A stretch of 32,000 nucleotides of DNA from Candidatus Saccharimonadota bacterium (GCA_016700135.1 CP065004.1:1380001-1412000); one strand, 5' to 3'. Counted from the stretch's first letter, positions 8,858 through 17,132 are shown. Numbers and translations: made by a program. Notes: generated by a model from the sequence alone, not told the origin.

Positions 8858-9335
8858 ACTTAAATACTGCAATCCTTCCCGACCTCACAATCTCCTTAAT
8901 GCCAAACGGTTGCAGCAACTCGTCCAGTTTATCGATTTCCTTCTCGTCACCCGTAATCTCAGCTACTAAATAATTCTTATCAATGTGAATTATTCTTCCT
9001 TTTGACAATCGTACCAGTTGTTCGATTTCTTCACGCTTTTCTTTTGTCTTTGCCGTCACCTTGATAAGGGCAATTTCACGCGGCACCAGCTCATCGTCAG
9101 TACTCTCAATGACTTTTGTCATCTCAATGATCCGATACAATTGCTTTCCGATCTTTTCAACAAGATCACGTTCCGCATCGACCACAATCGTAAATCGGGA
9201 CATTCCTTTATGTTCAATCTCCGAAACCGTCAGACTCTCAATATTTATTTTGCGGCGAAGCAGCAAATCAGCAATCCGATACAGGACGCCCGGTTTGTTT
9301 TCTGCTATTGCCGTTATGGTATACCGTTGTTTCAT
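8856..9335 (-). CDS. ilvN: Acetolactate synthase small (regulatory) subunit
   Basis: 159 aa with an N-terminal ACT domain (ENKPGVLYRIADLLLRRKINIESLTV). It sits 9 nt downstream of ilvB. Confidence 0.9.
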   Translation of the reverse strand: MKQRYTITAIAENKPGVLYRIADLLLRRKINIESLTVSEIEHKGMSRFTIVVDAERDLVEKIGKQLYRIIEMTKVIESTDDELVPREIALIKVTAKTKEKREEIEQLVRLSKGRIIHIDKNYLVAEITGDEKEIDKLDELLQPFGIKEIVRSGRIAVFK

Positions 9336-9344
9336 ATGATGTAA

Positions 9345-11036
9345 TTATGCGAGACGTACCTCGTCAACTGATGAACCGGTCGGGATCATGGGAAATACAT
9401 TTTCTTCCTGCTCGACTTTTATCTCAAGTACATACGGACCATTGTGATCAAGCATCTTTTGCAATGCCTTTTTCAGATCAATTCTTGCCACAACACGGTC
9501 TGCTTCCAAACCGCACCCTTTTGCTACTGTCACAAAATCAGGACTCTGAATATTCACCATCGAATACCGCTTTTCAAAGAAAAGCTGCTGCCATTGTCGT
9601 ACCATTCCCAGAAAGCCGTTATTAAGAATAATCACTTTCACTGGAAGCTGCTCCTGAGCCAGAGTAGTAAACTCCTGTATATTCATCTGGATACCCCCGT
9701 CACCTGAAATTGAAATAACTTCCTGATCGGGACGGGCAAATTTTGCACCCATTGCAGCAGGAAGGCCGAATCCCATTGTTCCCATCCCGCCTGAGGAAAT
9801 CCAGCTATTCGGACGGGAAAACCGGTAATATCTTGCCGTAACCATCTGATGTTGTCCGACATCAGACACGACAACGGCTTCTCCTTTTGTCAGTTCAGAC
9901 AGCAGCGTCACTGCTTCTGCCATTGTTATTTCCCCGGTTTTCGGATGTGTGACTCCGTCAATTACTTGTTTCTTTTCTACTTCATAGAGTTTCTTAAATT
10001 CACGTATCCAATTTGTATGAGTGTTTTTACGGATTGCTTTTGTCAGTGATTGCAAAGCAATTTTGGCGTCAGCCACAATCGGCACATCAGCAGGTACATT
10101 TTTATTGAGCTCCGCCGGATCAATATCAATATGAATGACGGTTGCATCATTCAAATAATCGGAAAGCCTGCCTGTCACCCGGTCGTCAAACCGCATTCCG
10201 ATTGCCAAAACAGCATCGGCTTTGTTTGAGAGCATATTCGGAGCATAGTTGCCGTGCATCCCCAAGAAACCGACATGAAGAGGATGTCCTGAATGAAGTG
10301 CGGAAAGACCGTGCAGCGTGAAAGCTGCCGGAAAATCTCCTTTTTCCAGAAACGCTTGAAGTTCTTTTTGAGCTTTGGCAATCTGTACGCCTTGACCTAC
10401 TAATATCAAAGGACGTTCTGCATTGTTTAAATAACGTGCTGCTATCTCTATCTGTCTCTGATGAGGTTCGGTTGTCGGCTGATAACTCTGTAACGAAATG
10501 TCTTCGGGATACGAAAAATCCATCATCTCAAATTGCGCATCTTTGGTGATGTCAATAAGTACCGGTCCGGGTCTGCCGGTACGGGCAATATGAAAAGCCT
10601 TTGCCATCACTTCCGGTATTTCACTTGCTTTTGTGATCTGATAGTTCCATTTGGTGACCGGTGCAGTTATGCCTATCACATCCGCTTCCTGAAATGCATC
10701 GGTACCGATCACTCCGCTGTGTACCTGTCCGGAAATACATACCATCGGGACACTGTCCATCATCGCATCAGCAATAGCCGTCACTAAATTGGTCGCTCCC
10801 GGTCCTGATGTCACGAGACAAACACCCGGATTACCTGTCATCCGGCCGTAGCCTTCGGCAGCATGTCCCGCTCCCTGTTCATGACGGACAAGCACATGCT
10901 TGATCCTTCCGTCATTTGTATAATCATACAGAGCATCGTAAACAGGCATGATAGCCCCTCCGGGATATCCGAATATTACTTCCACATTTTCTTGGAGTAA
11001 CGATTCAAGAACTGCTTGTGAACCTGATATTTTCAT
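9345..11036 (-). CDS. ilvB: Acetolactate synthase large subunit
   Basis: ThDP-enzyme motifs GGMGTMGFGLPAAMGA and GDGGIQMNIQE. Start taken at MKISGSQAVLESL (11036), 2 nt after the ilvE stop. The track start at 11063 would overlap ilvE. Confidence 0.92.
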   Translation of the reverse strand: MKISGSQAVLESLLQENVEVIFGYPGGAIMPVYDALYDYTNDGRIKHVLVRHEQGAGHAAEGYGRMTGNPGVCLVTSGPGATNLVTAIADAMMDSVPMVCISGQVHSGVIGTDAFQEADVIGITAPVTKWNYQITKASEIPEVMAKAFHIARTGRPGPVLIDITKDAQFEMMDFSYPEDISLQSYQPTTEPHQRQIEIAARYLNNAERPLILVGQGVQIAKAQKELQAFLEKGDFPAAFTLHGLSALHSGHPLHVGFLGMHGNYAPNMLSNKADAVLAIGMRFDDRVTGRLSDYLNDATVIHIDIDPAELNKNVPADVPIVADAKIALQSLTKAIRKNTHTNWIREFKKLYEVEKKQVIDGVTHPKTGEITMAEAVTLLSELTKGEAVVVSDVGQHQMVTARYYRFSRPNSWISSGGMGTMGFGLPAAMGAKFARPDQEVISISGDGGIQMNIQEFTTLAQEQLPVKVIILNNGFLGMVRQWQQLFFEKRYSMVNIQSPDFVTVAKGCGLEADRVVARIDLKKALQKMLDHNGPYVLEIKVEQEENVFPMIPTGSSVDEVRLA

Positions 11037-11038
11037 AA

Positions 11039-11977
11039 TTACACTTTGATTTTGGTACACCAACTTTCATATTTTTTCTCGTTGCCGCGTACGACTCTGA
11101 AAAAGAGGTCTTGGAGCGTCCCGGAAACCGTTCCTCTTTTTCCGTTGCCGATCCGTCTTTTATCGATATGCGAAATCCATGCTATTTGAGCGCCCGTCCC
11201 ACAGAAGAATGCTTCATCCGCAACATACAGTTCACTGCGGTCAATCGTACGTTCTTCCACCGGGATACCCTGATCTTTCGCAAGCTGAAGCACTGATCTT
11301 CTCGTGATTCCCTCTAAAATATCATCACTTTTCGGCGGAGTGATCAGTACTCCGTCACGCACCATGCAGAAATTCATGGCTGATCCTTCTGCGACATGCC
11401 CCGATTCATTCAGAAATATCGCTTCGTCATAACCGTTCAAGGTTGCTTCATGTTTTGCCATTGCTGAGTTGATGTATCCGCCGGCTATTTTGGCTCGTGA
11501 AGGGATGGCATTGTCAGAAATCCGTCTCCAGGAAGATACACAAACGCTGATTCCTTTATCAGTCGGCAAATAATCACCCAACGGAATCATATACAAAGCA
11601 AAACTGAACTCATGATCACGATCGAGATTGGGTGATAAATTCGTGCTTCCGGCATAGGCAAATGGGCGGAAGTAGGTATCGGACTGCGGATTATTTTTTT
11701 CGGTAAGATCGGTCGTAATCTTCACAAGTTCCTCTCTGTTGTACTGAAGATCGACTCCGATGATTTTGAGAGAATTAAGAAATCGCTTGTAGTGATCGTC
11801 AATTCTGAAAAGAGAAATAAATCCTTTTTCCTTGTTGTAATAACCCCGTATTCCACCGAAAACAGCTGTCCCGTACTGCAGAGCATTCGTCATAACTGAT
11901 ACTTTTGCATCTTCCGTTTTGACGACTTTGCCCTCAAAAAATGCATAAGGATGTGAGGTAGTTTGAAGATGGGACAT
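11039..11977 (-). CDS. ilvE: Branched-chain amino acid aminotransferase (fold type IV)
   Basis: BCAT-like N-terminus (FFEGKVV...YGTAVFGGIRGY) and GITR motif. Start at MSHLQTT (11977), because the longer track ORF runs through the attenuator terminator. Confidence 0.9.
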   Translation of the reverse strand: MSHLQTTSHPYAFFEGKVVKTEDAKVSVMTNALQYGTAVFGGIRGYYNKEKGFISLFRIDDHYKRFLNSLKIIGVDLQYNREELVKITTDLTEKNNPQSDTYFRPFAYAGSTNLSPNLDRDHEFSFALYMIPLGDYLPTDKGISVCVSSWRRISDNAIPSRAKIAGGYINSAMAKHEATLNGYDEAIFLNESGHVAEGSAMNFCMVRDGVLITPPKSDDILEGITRRSVLQLAKDQGIPVEERTIDRSELYVADEAFFCGTGAQIAWISHIDKRRIGNGKRGTVSGTLQDLFFRVVRGNEKKYESWCTKIKV

Positions 11978-12041
11978 ATATTTGGAAAAAAAATAATAAT
12001 TTCCTTTGGGCTCATTTTTACTTACATAAGCTTTCAAGGCT

Positions 12042-12068
12042 AAAAAAAAACCCGCCTGTCTGGCGGGT
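12042..12068 (-). terminator. Intrinsic terminator of the ilv leader (attenuator)
   Basis: Minus strand: ACCCGCC-agaca-GGCGGGT followed by a run of T residues. It lies about 65 nt upstream of the ilvE ATG and 30 nt downstream of the leader-peptide stop. Confidence 0.8.
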
Positions 12069-12097
12069 GCAAATGTCATTCGAATGCCCTCCCGCCG

Positions 12098-12148
12098 TTA
12101 GCGGTTAATAAGGAGGACAATAAGTGCAAATGACATCGGATTTTTCAT
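12098..12148 (-). CDS. ilv operon leader peptide, 16 aa: MKNPMSFALIVLLINR
   Basis: ATG AAA AAT CCG ATG TCA TTT GCA CTT ATT GTC CTC CTT ATT AAC CGC TAA. Six of seven consecutive codons are Leu/Ile/Val. It sits between the predicted promoter and the terminator, and alternative pairings are available. Confidence 0.7.
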   Translation of the reverse strand: MKNPMSFALIVLLINR

Positions 12149-12160
12149 ACGATAAAAAGT

Positions 12161-12189
12161 ATTATAGAAAACAAATCTTCATAATGCAA
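12161..12189 (-). promoter_or_regulatory. Sigma70-like promoter of the ilv/leu operon
   Basis: Minus strand: TTGCAT (12189-12184), 17-nt spacer, TATAAT (12166-12161). The -35 box begins 9 nt after the aroC stop codon. Confidence 0.6.
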
Positions 12190-12198
12190 ACACAAGCA

Positions 12199-13308
12199 TC
12201 ACACTTCTCCGAATCGTTCCAGAATATTTTGTGCGAGGACATACGCAAGCATCGCTTCAGAAACAACTCCAGCACGTGGTACCACACAGATATCAGACCG
12301 TTCGACGGTCGCTTTTACCTGTTCTTTTGTCGAGATATCGACGGTATTCATCGGCTTGTAAAGTGTTGATATCGGTTTATGATAGACGCGGGCGACAACG
12401 GGCATCCCGTTCGTGACTCCGCCTTCAACGCCTCCCGCACGATTTGTTTTTCGGTAATAACCTTCCTCTTTATTGTGAAAGATCTCATCATGTACATCTG
12501 ATCCAAATGATCCCGAAGCAGAGATACCTGATCCTATCTCAACCGCTTTTACTGACTGAATACTCATCAGTGCCTGAGCAATCTGTCCGTCAATTTTTCT
12601 GTCCCAATGCACATAACTTCCAAGACCCGGAGGAATATTGTTTGCCCATACCTCAACGACACCTCCAAGAGTATTCATTTCCTTGCGTGCTTTTTCAATC
12701 AGTTTTTTCATTCGTTGGGATGTTTTCGGGTCAACACACCGTATCTCGGGATCCTTTTCATACGTTTTTTGAATATCTTCAAAAGTGTATTCTGTGTCAA
12801 TGGAAATATCGCCGATCTGGACGGTATGGCTTGCAATCTCTATTCCGTCTCTCATAAGCAGTTGTTTAAAAACGGCACCGGCAGCAACCCTTGCCGTCGT
12901 CTCGCGGGCAGATGCCCTTTCTAAAACATTTCTGACATCATCAAATCCGTATTTCTGGACGCCCGGAAGGTCGACATGCCCGGGACGCGGCTCAGTCACT
13001 CGGGCCGATGCAACAACTTCTTCAGGCTGCTCTTTGATACTCATCTTGTCACCCCAGTTTTTGAAATCTTTATTCCATATAATCATGGAAATCGGGCTGG
13101 CAATCGTCTTGCCGAAACGAATACCCGACAAGATCTCAACCTCATCTTTTTCAATCAGCATCCGTCCTCCTGATCCTGCTCCTTTCTGCCTTTTTGCAAG
13201 TTCCTGGTTGATGTAGTCAACCGAAATCGGAACACCGGCAGGCATCCCTTCAATAATAACCGTTAATCCTTTGCCGTGCGACTCGCCGGCTGTTAAAAAT
13301 CTAAGCAT
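12199..13308 (-). CDS. aroC: Chorismate synthase
   Basis: 369 aa with the N-terminal signature MLRFLTAGESHG and chorismate synthase similarity throughout. Confidence 0.95.
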   Translation of the reverse strand: MLRFLTAGESHGKGLTVIIEGMPAGVPISVDYINQELAKRQKGAGSGGRMLIEKDEVEILSGIRFGKTIASPISMIIWNKDFKNWGDKMSIKEQPEEVVASARVTEPRPGHVDLPGVQKYGFDDVRNVLERASARETTARVAAGAVFKQLLMRDGIEIASHTVQIGDISIDTEYTFEDIQKTYEKDPEIRCVDPKTSQRMKKLIEKARKEMNTLGGVVEVWANNIPPGLGSYVHWDRKIDGQIAQALMSIQSVKAVEIGSGISASGSFGSDVHDEIFHNKEEGYYRKTNRAGGVEGGVTNGMPVVARVYHKPISTLYKPMNTVDISTKEQVKATVERSDICVVPRAGVVSEAMLAYVLAQNILERFGEV

Positions 13309-13318
13309 TTTATATTAC

Positions 13319-13412
13319 TGAACGAAGTAACCAAAATTTGTGAATGAAGTGGATGTTTGAGCGGACAAGCTTAGGGCGAGTTCACTTCTGAACAAATTTT
13401 CGGTTACGAGTG
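13319..13412. repeat. Intercistronic nested-palindrome element, diverged copy D (~94 nt)
   Basis: GAACGAAGTAACCAAAATTTGTGAATGAAGTGGATGTTTGAGCGGACAAGCTTAGGGCGAGTTCACTTCTGAACAAATTTTCGGTTACGAGTGA. The arms are conserved and the inner stem is changed compensatorily (GAAGTG/CACTTC versus GAGGTG/CACCTC). Confidence 0.8.
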
Positions 13413-13433
13413 ATTTAAAAAATAGTAATAAAT

Positions 13434-14102
13434 TTATATCAACAAACTTTTATACACCTTCTTCATCTCCCCAATCTCTATCTGCCCCGGCGCACTCTCA
13501 CACCACGGAGTAGATGCAAATGTCAGAAAACCCCCGAGAAGCGGAGCAAGAATCCGGGTGATACGTCCCTTCTCTCCCATCCCTATCACAATTCTGTTTT
13601 CCGTATGCGGTTTATTCGTAAGCAACCGATACAACTTTGTGACTTCATACTCTTTCTGTACCATAGTGGCTATTTTCAGGACATCCGGTTTGAACTTACT
13701 CATCTCAAAAATCACCTTTTGCATATCCCAATAACTTGGCGTTTCAACAAAATTGTGATATGACAAAATAACTTTAGTACCGTCTTCGCAGCTGAAATCA
13801 TGTTTTTTGACCGTCGATAATTCAATATCAACATATTCAAAAAGTCCGATCCCGCGCTGAAGAATTTTGACCCGTTGATTTTCCGGATCCTCGAAACTTC
13901 CGCCTTCCTCTTTTGATCTGCAGGTAAAAATCGCTTCTTTCTTCGTCTGATCTTTGATAGTTCGGATATGATCCATAGACAACCCTCGGATCGAATCAAC
14001 ACGAAGTTCAATACAGTCAGAAATGTCCTGTGTTTTTGCAAGATTACTCAAAAATTCATCTATGGTGCCTCCTGTGACCGGAGTGCAGATTTTGATATCC
14101 AT
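13434..14102 (-). CDS. aroD: 3-dehydroquinate dehydratase, type I
   Basis: 222 aa with type I DHQase features (ELRVD, SYHNF, and the Schiff-base lysine context KIATM). Confidence 0.88.
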   Translation of the reverse strand: MDIKICTPVTGGTIDEFLSNLAKTQDISDCIELRVDSIRGLSMDHIRTIKDQTKKEAIFTCRSKEEGGSFEDPENQRVKILQRGIGLFEYVDIELSTVKKHDFSCEDGTKVILSYHNFVETPSYWDMQKVIFEMSKFKPDVLKIATMVQKEYEVTKLYRLLTNKPHTENRIVIGMGEKGRITRILAPLLGGFLTFASTPWCESAPGQIEIGEMKKVYKSLLI

Positions 14103-14105
14103 ACC

Positions 14106-14933
14106 TTATTGTAAAACCTTTCTCATAACTTCAATCGGTGCTTTTCTCCCCGTGTACAACTCAAACTGAGCAGTGCCCTGATGAAGGAGCATTTCAACTC
14201 CCTGTACCGTAACCGCACCCTGCTCTTTTGCCTCCTTCAACAATCTCGTTTCCCGAGGCTTGTATACTGCATCGAAGACAATGTGACCTTTTCTCAAATA
14301 TTCTTTCTGCAAGGGTGTTTGATCAATCTGTTCACCCATCCCGAGACTTGTTGCATTGAGAATAATCTCATGTTTCGGTATTTCACGCGACATATCATCA
14401 TATGTAAAAACGGATACATCAGAATCGAGCTCCTTTGCAAGTATCTGAGCTTTTTTTTGGTTTCTGTTAAAAACTGAAAGTTTCGCCCCTTTCTCAAGAA
14501 CTCCGTACGCCATAGCCCGGGCCGCACCTCCCGCCCCTACTAATGCAACGGATGTGCCACGAAGATCTCCGGCATGATTCTCAAGCGGTATGACCGTACC
14601 GAGCCAGTCGGTATTGTATCCTTTCAGTACTCCTTTATCGTTTACAACCGTATTCACGGCTCCGATTTTTTCAGCAATCGGATCAATTTCATCAAGATAC
14701 TTCATCACTTCCATTTTGTGAGGGATCGTACAAGTCAATACCCGGATATTCATGACACGAACTGCCTGCACGACATCCTTCACGTCTTCAAGATTCACAC
14801 GGGCAGCGACAAACACAAATTCATCGTCAATACCGAGCGCTTCATATGCTGCATTGTGCATTGCAGGCGATAAGGAATGCTCGACAGGATCGCCGATAAT
14901 GACACATATTTTTGTTTTTCCTGATATGTTCAT
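14106..14933 (-). CDS. aroE: Shikimate 5-dehydrogenase
   Basis: Motifs GDPVEHSLSPAMHN and GAGGAARA. Its start overlaps the upstream DUF1653 gene stop (ATGA). Confidence 0.93.
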   Translation of the reverse strand: MNISGKTKICVIIGDPVEHSLSPAMHNAAYEALGIDDEFVFVAARVNLEDVKDVVQAVRVMNIRVLTCTIPHKMEVMKYLDEIDPIAEKIGAVNTVVNDKGVLKGYNTDWLGTVIPLENHAGDLRGTSVALVGAGGAARAMAYGVLEKGAKLSVFNRNQKKAQILAKELDSDVSVFTYDDMSREIPKHEIILNATSLGMGEQIDQTPLQKEYLRKGHIVFDAVYKPRETRLLKEAKEQGAVTVQGVEMLLHQGTAQFELYTGRKAPIEVMRKVLQ

Positions 14934-15145
14934 TCTTCTCTTATAAACTCAAAACGAGGGGCCTTTTTCCCGTTGATTGAAACCGTTTCCGTAAACATTG
15001 AAAGCGGTCTGATCCAAAATGCCGAGTCGGATTTATATAATGGTTCATATATGACATAGTCTTCCAGAGTTTCTGAGTGGCGGGCAACTCCGTGTACACG
15101 ATACTCCTTCCCTTTGTAATGCCGATAAATTCCTTTTTTTATCAT
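14930..15145 (-). CDS. Small DUF1653-like protein (71 aa) embedded in the shikimate operon
   Basis: GIYRHYKGKEYRVHGVARHSETLEDYVIYEPLY...WIRPLSMFTE...RFEFI matches my recollection of the DUF1653 pattern. It starts 1 nt after the aroK stop and overlaps the aroE start. Confidence 0.65.
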   Translation of the reverse strand: MIKKGIYRHYKGKEYRVHGVARHSETLEDYVIYEPLYKSDSAFWIRPLSMFTETVSINGKKAPRFEFIREE

Positions 15146-15146
15146 A

Positions 15147-15725
15147 TTATAATGCCCGAATGTTCATAATCTGTTCTACAACCTCTTTCAGCAGACTCTT
15201 ATCCTTCAGATCGGCCGGCTCATTTTTATACAGTTTTAAGACAATCTCCTTTGCGATTTTCACCGCATCTTTACCTTTTGTACGAATGGTCATATCCGCG
15301 TATTTTTTGTAAAGCGGTAATCGAAAATGATACAACCGATATGCATCCCTCACATTCCCAAACAAAGGCCGCGGCGTTTTGTCTTTGATAACACGCTGTT
15401 CCAGTGTCTGAAACGACGCATGCAAAAATATTACATGACCGTTATTCTTTTTTAAATATTCCGGAATAATGTTGTTCATAACTACACCGCCACCTGTTGA
15501 TATGACAGTTTTTTCTTTCTCCTGCCATTCTTTTGCAAGTGCAATTTCCCATTCTCTGAGATATATTTCTCCGTTCTTTGAAAACAGCTCCTGCATGTCC
15601 CTAAAATTCGTTTTTTCTAAAACTACTTTGTCCATCTCAACAAATTCGAATCCGAGCATGTTTGCCAATGCTTCTCCAACGGTGGTTTTCCCCGATCCCA
15701 TAAATCCGATCAGTGCTATTTTCAT
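15147..15725 (-). CDS. aroK: Shikimate kinase
   Basis: P-loop GFMGSGKTTVG and shikimate-binding region ISTGGGVV. 192 aa. Confidence 0.9.
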   Translation of the reverse strand: MKIALIGFMGSGKTTVGEALANMLGFEFVEMDKVVLEKTNFRDMQELFSKNGEIYLREWEIALAKEWQEKEKTVISTGGGVVMNNIIPEYLKKNNGHVIFLHASFQTLEQRVIKDKTPRPLFGNVRDAYRLYHFRLPLYKKYADMTIRTKGKDAVKIAKEIVLKLYKNEPADLKDKSLLKEVVEQIMNIRAL

Positions 15726-15746
15726 AGGTTTTGATTAATTACTAAT

Positions 15747-15835
15747 GACCGCAAAATAATCAAAATTTGTCTTATCATAACTGCCATCCATTATAGATCT
15801 GGCTTTATGAAAAGCAAATTTTCGGTTACAAGCGC
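15747..15835. repeat. Intercistronic element, copy E (arms conserved, different core)
   Basis: GACCGCAAAATAATCAAAATTTG ... CAAATTTTCGGTTACAAGCGC. The core is replaced by CTTATCATAA...TTATGAAAAG and GCCA...TGGC stems. The 3' arm overlaps the last codons and the stop of aroA. Confidence 0.65.
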
Positions 15836-17109
15836 TTTTGATATTCCAATCCAATTGCTCTCAATTTCTCCCAATACTCAGGAAACGTTTTTTTCACAAC
15901 TTCAGGATCGTTAATCTTCATCCCTTCAATTTTTGCTCCCGCCATCGCAAAACTCATCGCCATACGGTGATCGTGATAGGTGTCAATAACCGCCGCATGA
16001 GGTTTTCCTCCGAACACGTGCAAAGAATCTTCATCAGGTGACTCCGTGCGTATACCCATTTTAGCAAGTTCCTGTTGTACCGCCTTAACCCGTTCCGTTT
16101 CCTTCACCCTGAGGGAACGTACTCCCGTCATTTTTGTCACTCCTTCAGCAAACGCCGCAAGAACCGCAAGAGTCTGCGCCTGATCGGGACAGCTTTCCAT
16201 ATCAACTTCGAGTGCCCGGACACCGGTCCCTTTTATCGTTATCCTATCCTCGTCGTACACAACTTCATTTCCCATTTTTTGAATAATTTCCAGAAATTTT
16301 TTATCACCCTGTGTAGAATCCTGACGTAGATTCTTCAATGTGATTGTCATGCCCGTAAGAGCCGCAATACCCGCAAAATAACCCGCCGCAGAGTAATCTC
16401 CTTCAACGATATATTCACTCATTCTGTACGATCCGGCAGGAACTTCATACCATTTATAATCATTGTTCTGAACGGAAACTCCCCATTCCCGCATCATCTC
16501 GAGTGTGATATCTATATATGATTTTGAGATCTGGTTTCCCTCAACTTCGATTGTCATACCGCCGATTACGGGAGCTATCAAAAGTAACGCTGTAAAATAT
16601 TGACTGCTCACATCCCCATGCATTCGAACGAATCTTTTAGTGACCGTTGACTGATGAACGGCAATAGGAGGAAACCCATCCTGATTTTCGTATACTATCT
16701 CGATCCCCATCTGACGCAATCCGTCAACCAGATCTTTTATCGGGCGCTCATTCAGACGACCGATTCCGAAAATCTTTTTTACACCCGGGACAATCGCTGC
16801 CAGTGCGGTTATAAATCTTATAGTTGTTCCTGACAATCTCGCATTCAGTTCATATCCGCTTTTCTTTACATCAGCAATACTTCCGCGGACAATGACCTCA
16901 TGATCACGCTTTTCTATCTTGATGCCAAGCGTTTGCAGACACTCAATCATTGCTTCAGTATCATCACTCCACAACGGATATTTGATCGTCACCGCGCCCC
17001 GCGTCAATGCCGCCATAACGAGTGCCCGATTGGTCACACTTTTTGATCCCGGTATGACAACGGTTGCCTCCACCGGTTTTTGAATTGGTTTTAATTGTAT
17101 TTGTTTCAT
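15826..17109 (-). CDS. aroA: 3-phosphoshikimate 1-carboxyvinyltransferase (EPSP synthase)
   Basis: 427 aa with the N-terminal motif PGSKSVTNRAL and EPSPS similarity throughout. Confidence 0.95.
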   Translation of the reverse strand: MKQIQLKPIQKPVEATVVIPGSKSVTNRALVMAALTRGAVTIKYPLWSDDTEAMIECLQTLGIKIEKRDHEVIVRGSIADVKKSGYELNARLSGTTIRFITALAAIVPGVKKIFGIGRLNERPIKDLVDGLRQMGIEIVYENQDGFPPIAVHQSTVTKRFVRMHGDVSSQYFTALLLIAPVIGGMTIEVEGNQISKSYIDITLEMMREWGVSVQNNDYKWYEVPAGSYRMSEYIVEGDYSAAGYFAGIAALTGMTITLKNLRQDSTQGDKKFLEIIQKMGNEVVYDEDRITIKGTGVRALEVDMESCPDQAQTLAVLAAFAEGVTKMTGVRSLRVKETERVKAVQQELAKMGIRTESPDEDSLHVFGGKPHAAVIDTYHDHRMAMSFAMAGAKIEGMKINDPEVVKKTFPEYWEKLRAIGLEYQKRL

Positions 17110-17132
17110 ATGGAAATGAATAACAGTATGAA

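Noticed and set aside
11978-12020. Out-of-frame small ORF starting at the ATG in AAAATGAGCCC (MSPKEIIIFFPN...), overlapping the ilvE start, as a possible second Ile/Phe-rich leader.
   Set aside because: It lies downstream of the terminator and overlaps the ilvE coding region out of frame, with no associated alternative structures. It is most likely fortuitous in AT-rich sequence.
12109-12369. Plus-strand ORF 12124..12369 (81 aa) preceded by a perfect-looking SD (AAGGAGGA, 7 nt before a GTG).
   Set aside because: The SD-like motif is just the reverse complement of the Val-Leu-Leu codons (GTC CTC CTT) of the ilv leader peptide. The ORF is antisense to the 3' end of aroC, has no recognisable family features, and would be the only plus-strand gene in the window.
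13712-14041. Nested or overlapping minus-strand ORFs within real genes (13712..14041 in aroD, 18359..18553 at the pheA end, 16964..17242, 9683..9874, 10175..10381, 14294..14527, 24936..25133, 25682..25906, 29826..30026).
   Set aside because: All lie in alternative frames of well-supported enzyme genes. They have biased or low-complexity composition and no independent start signals. They are typical shadow ORFs.
5693-15835. The intercistronic imperfect palindromes could be integron attC sites, with the flanking genes as cassettes.
   Set aside because: The ends do not fit the attC R''/R' core consensus (RYYYAAC / GTTRRRY); here they are CAGTAAC/CAGTAAT and GTTACAA. No integrase or attI is present. 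The flanking genes are ordered pathway genes under common attenuator control, not promoterless, unrelated cassettes.
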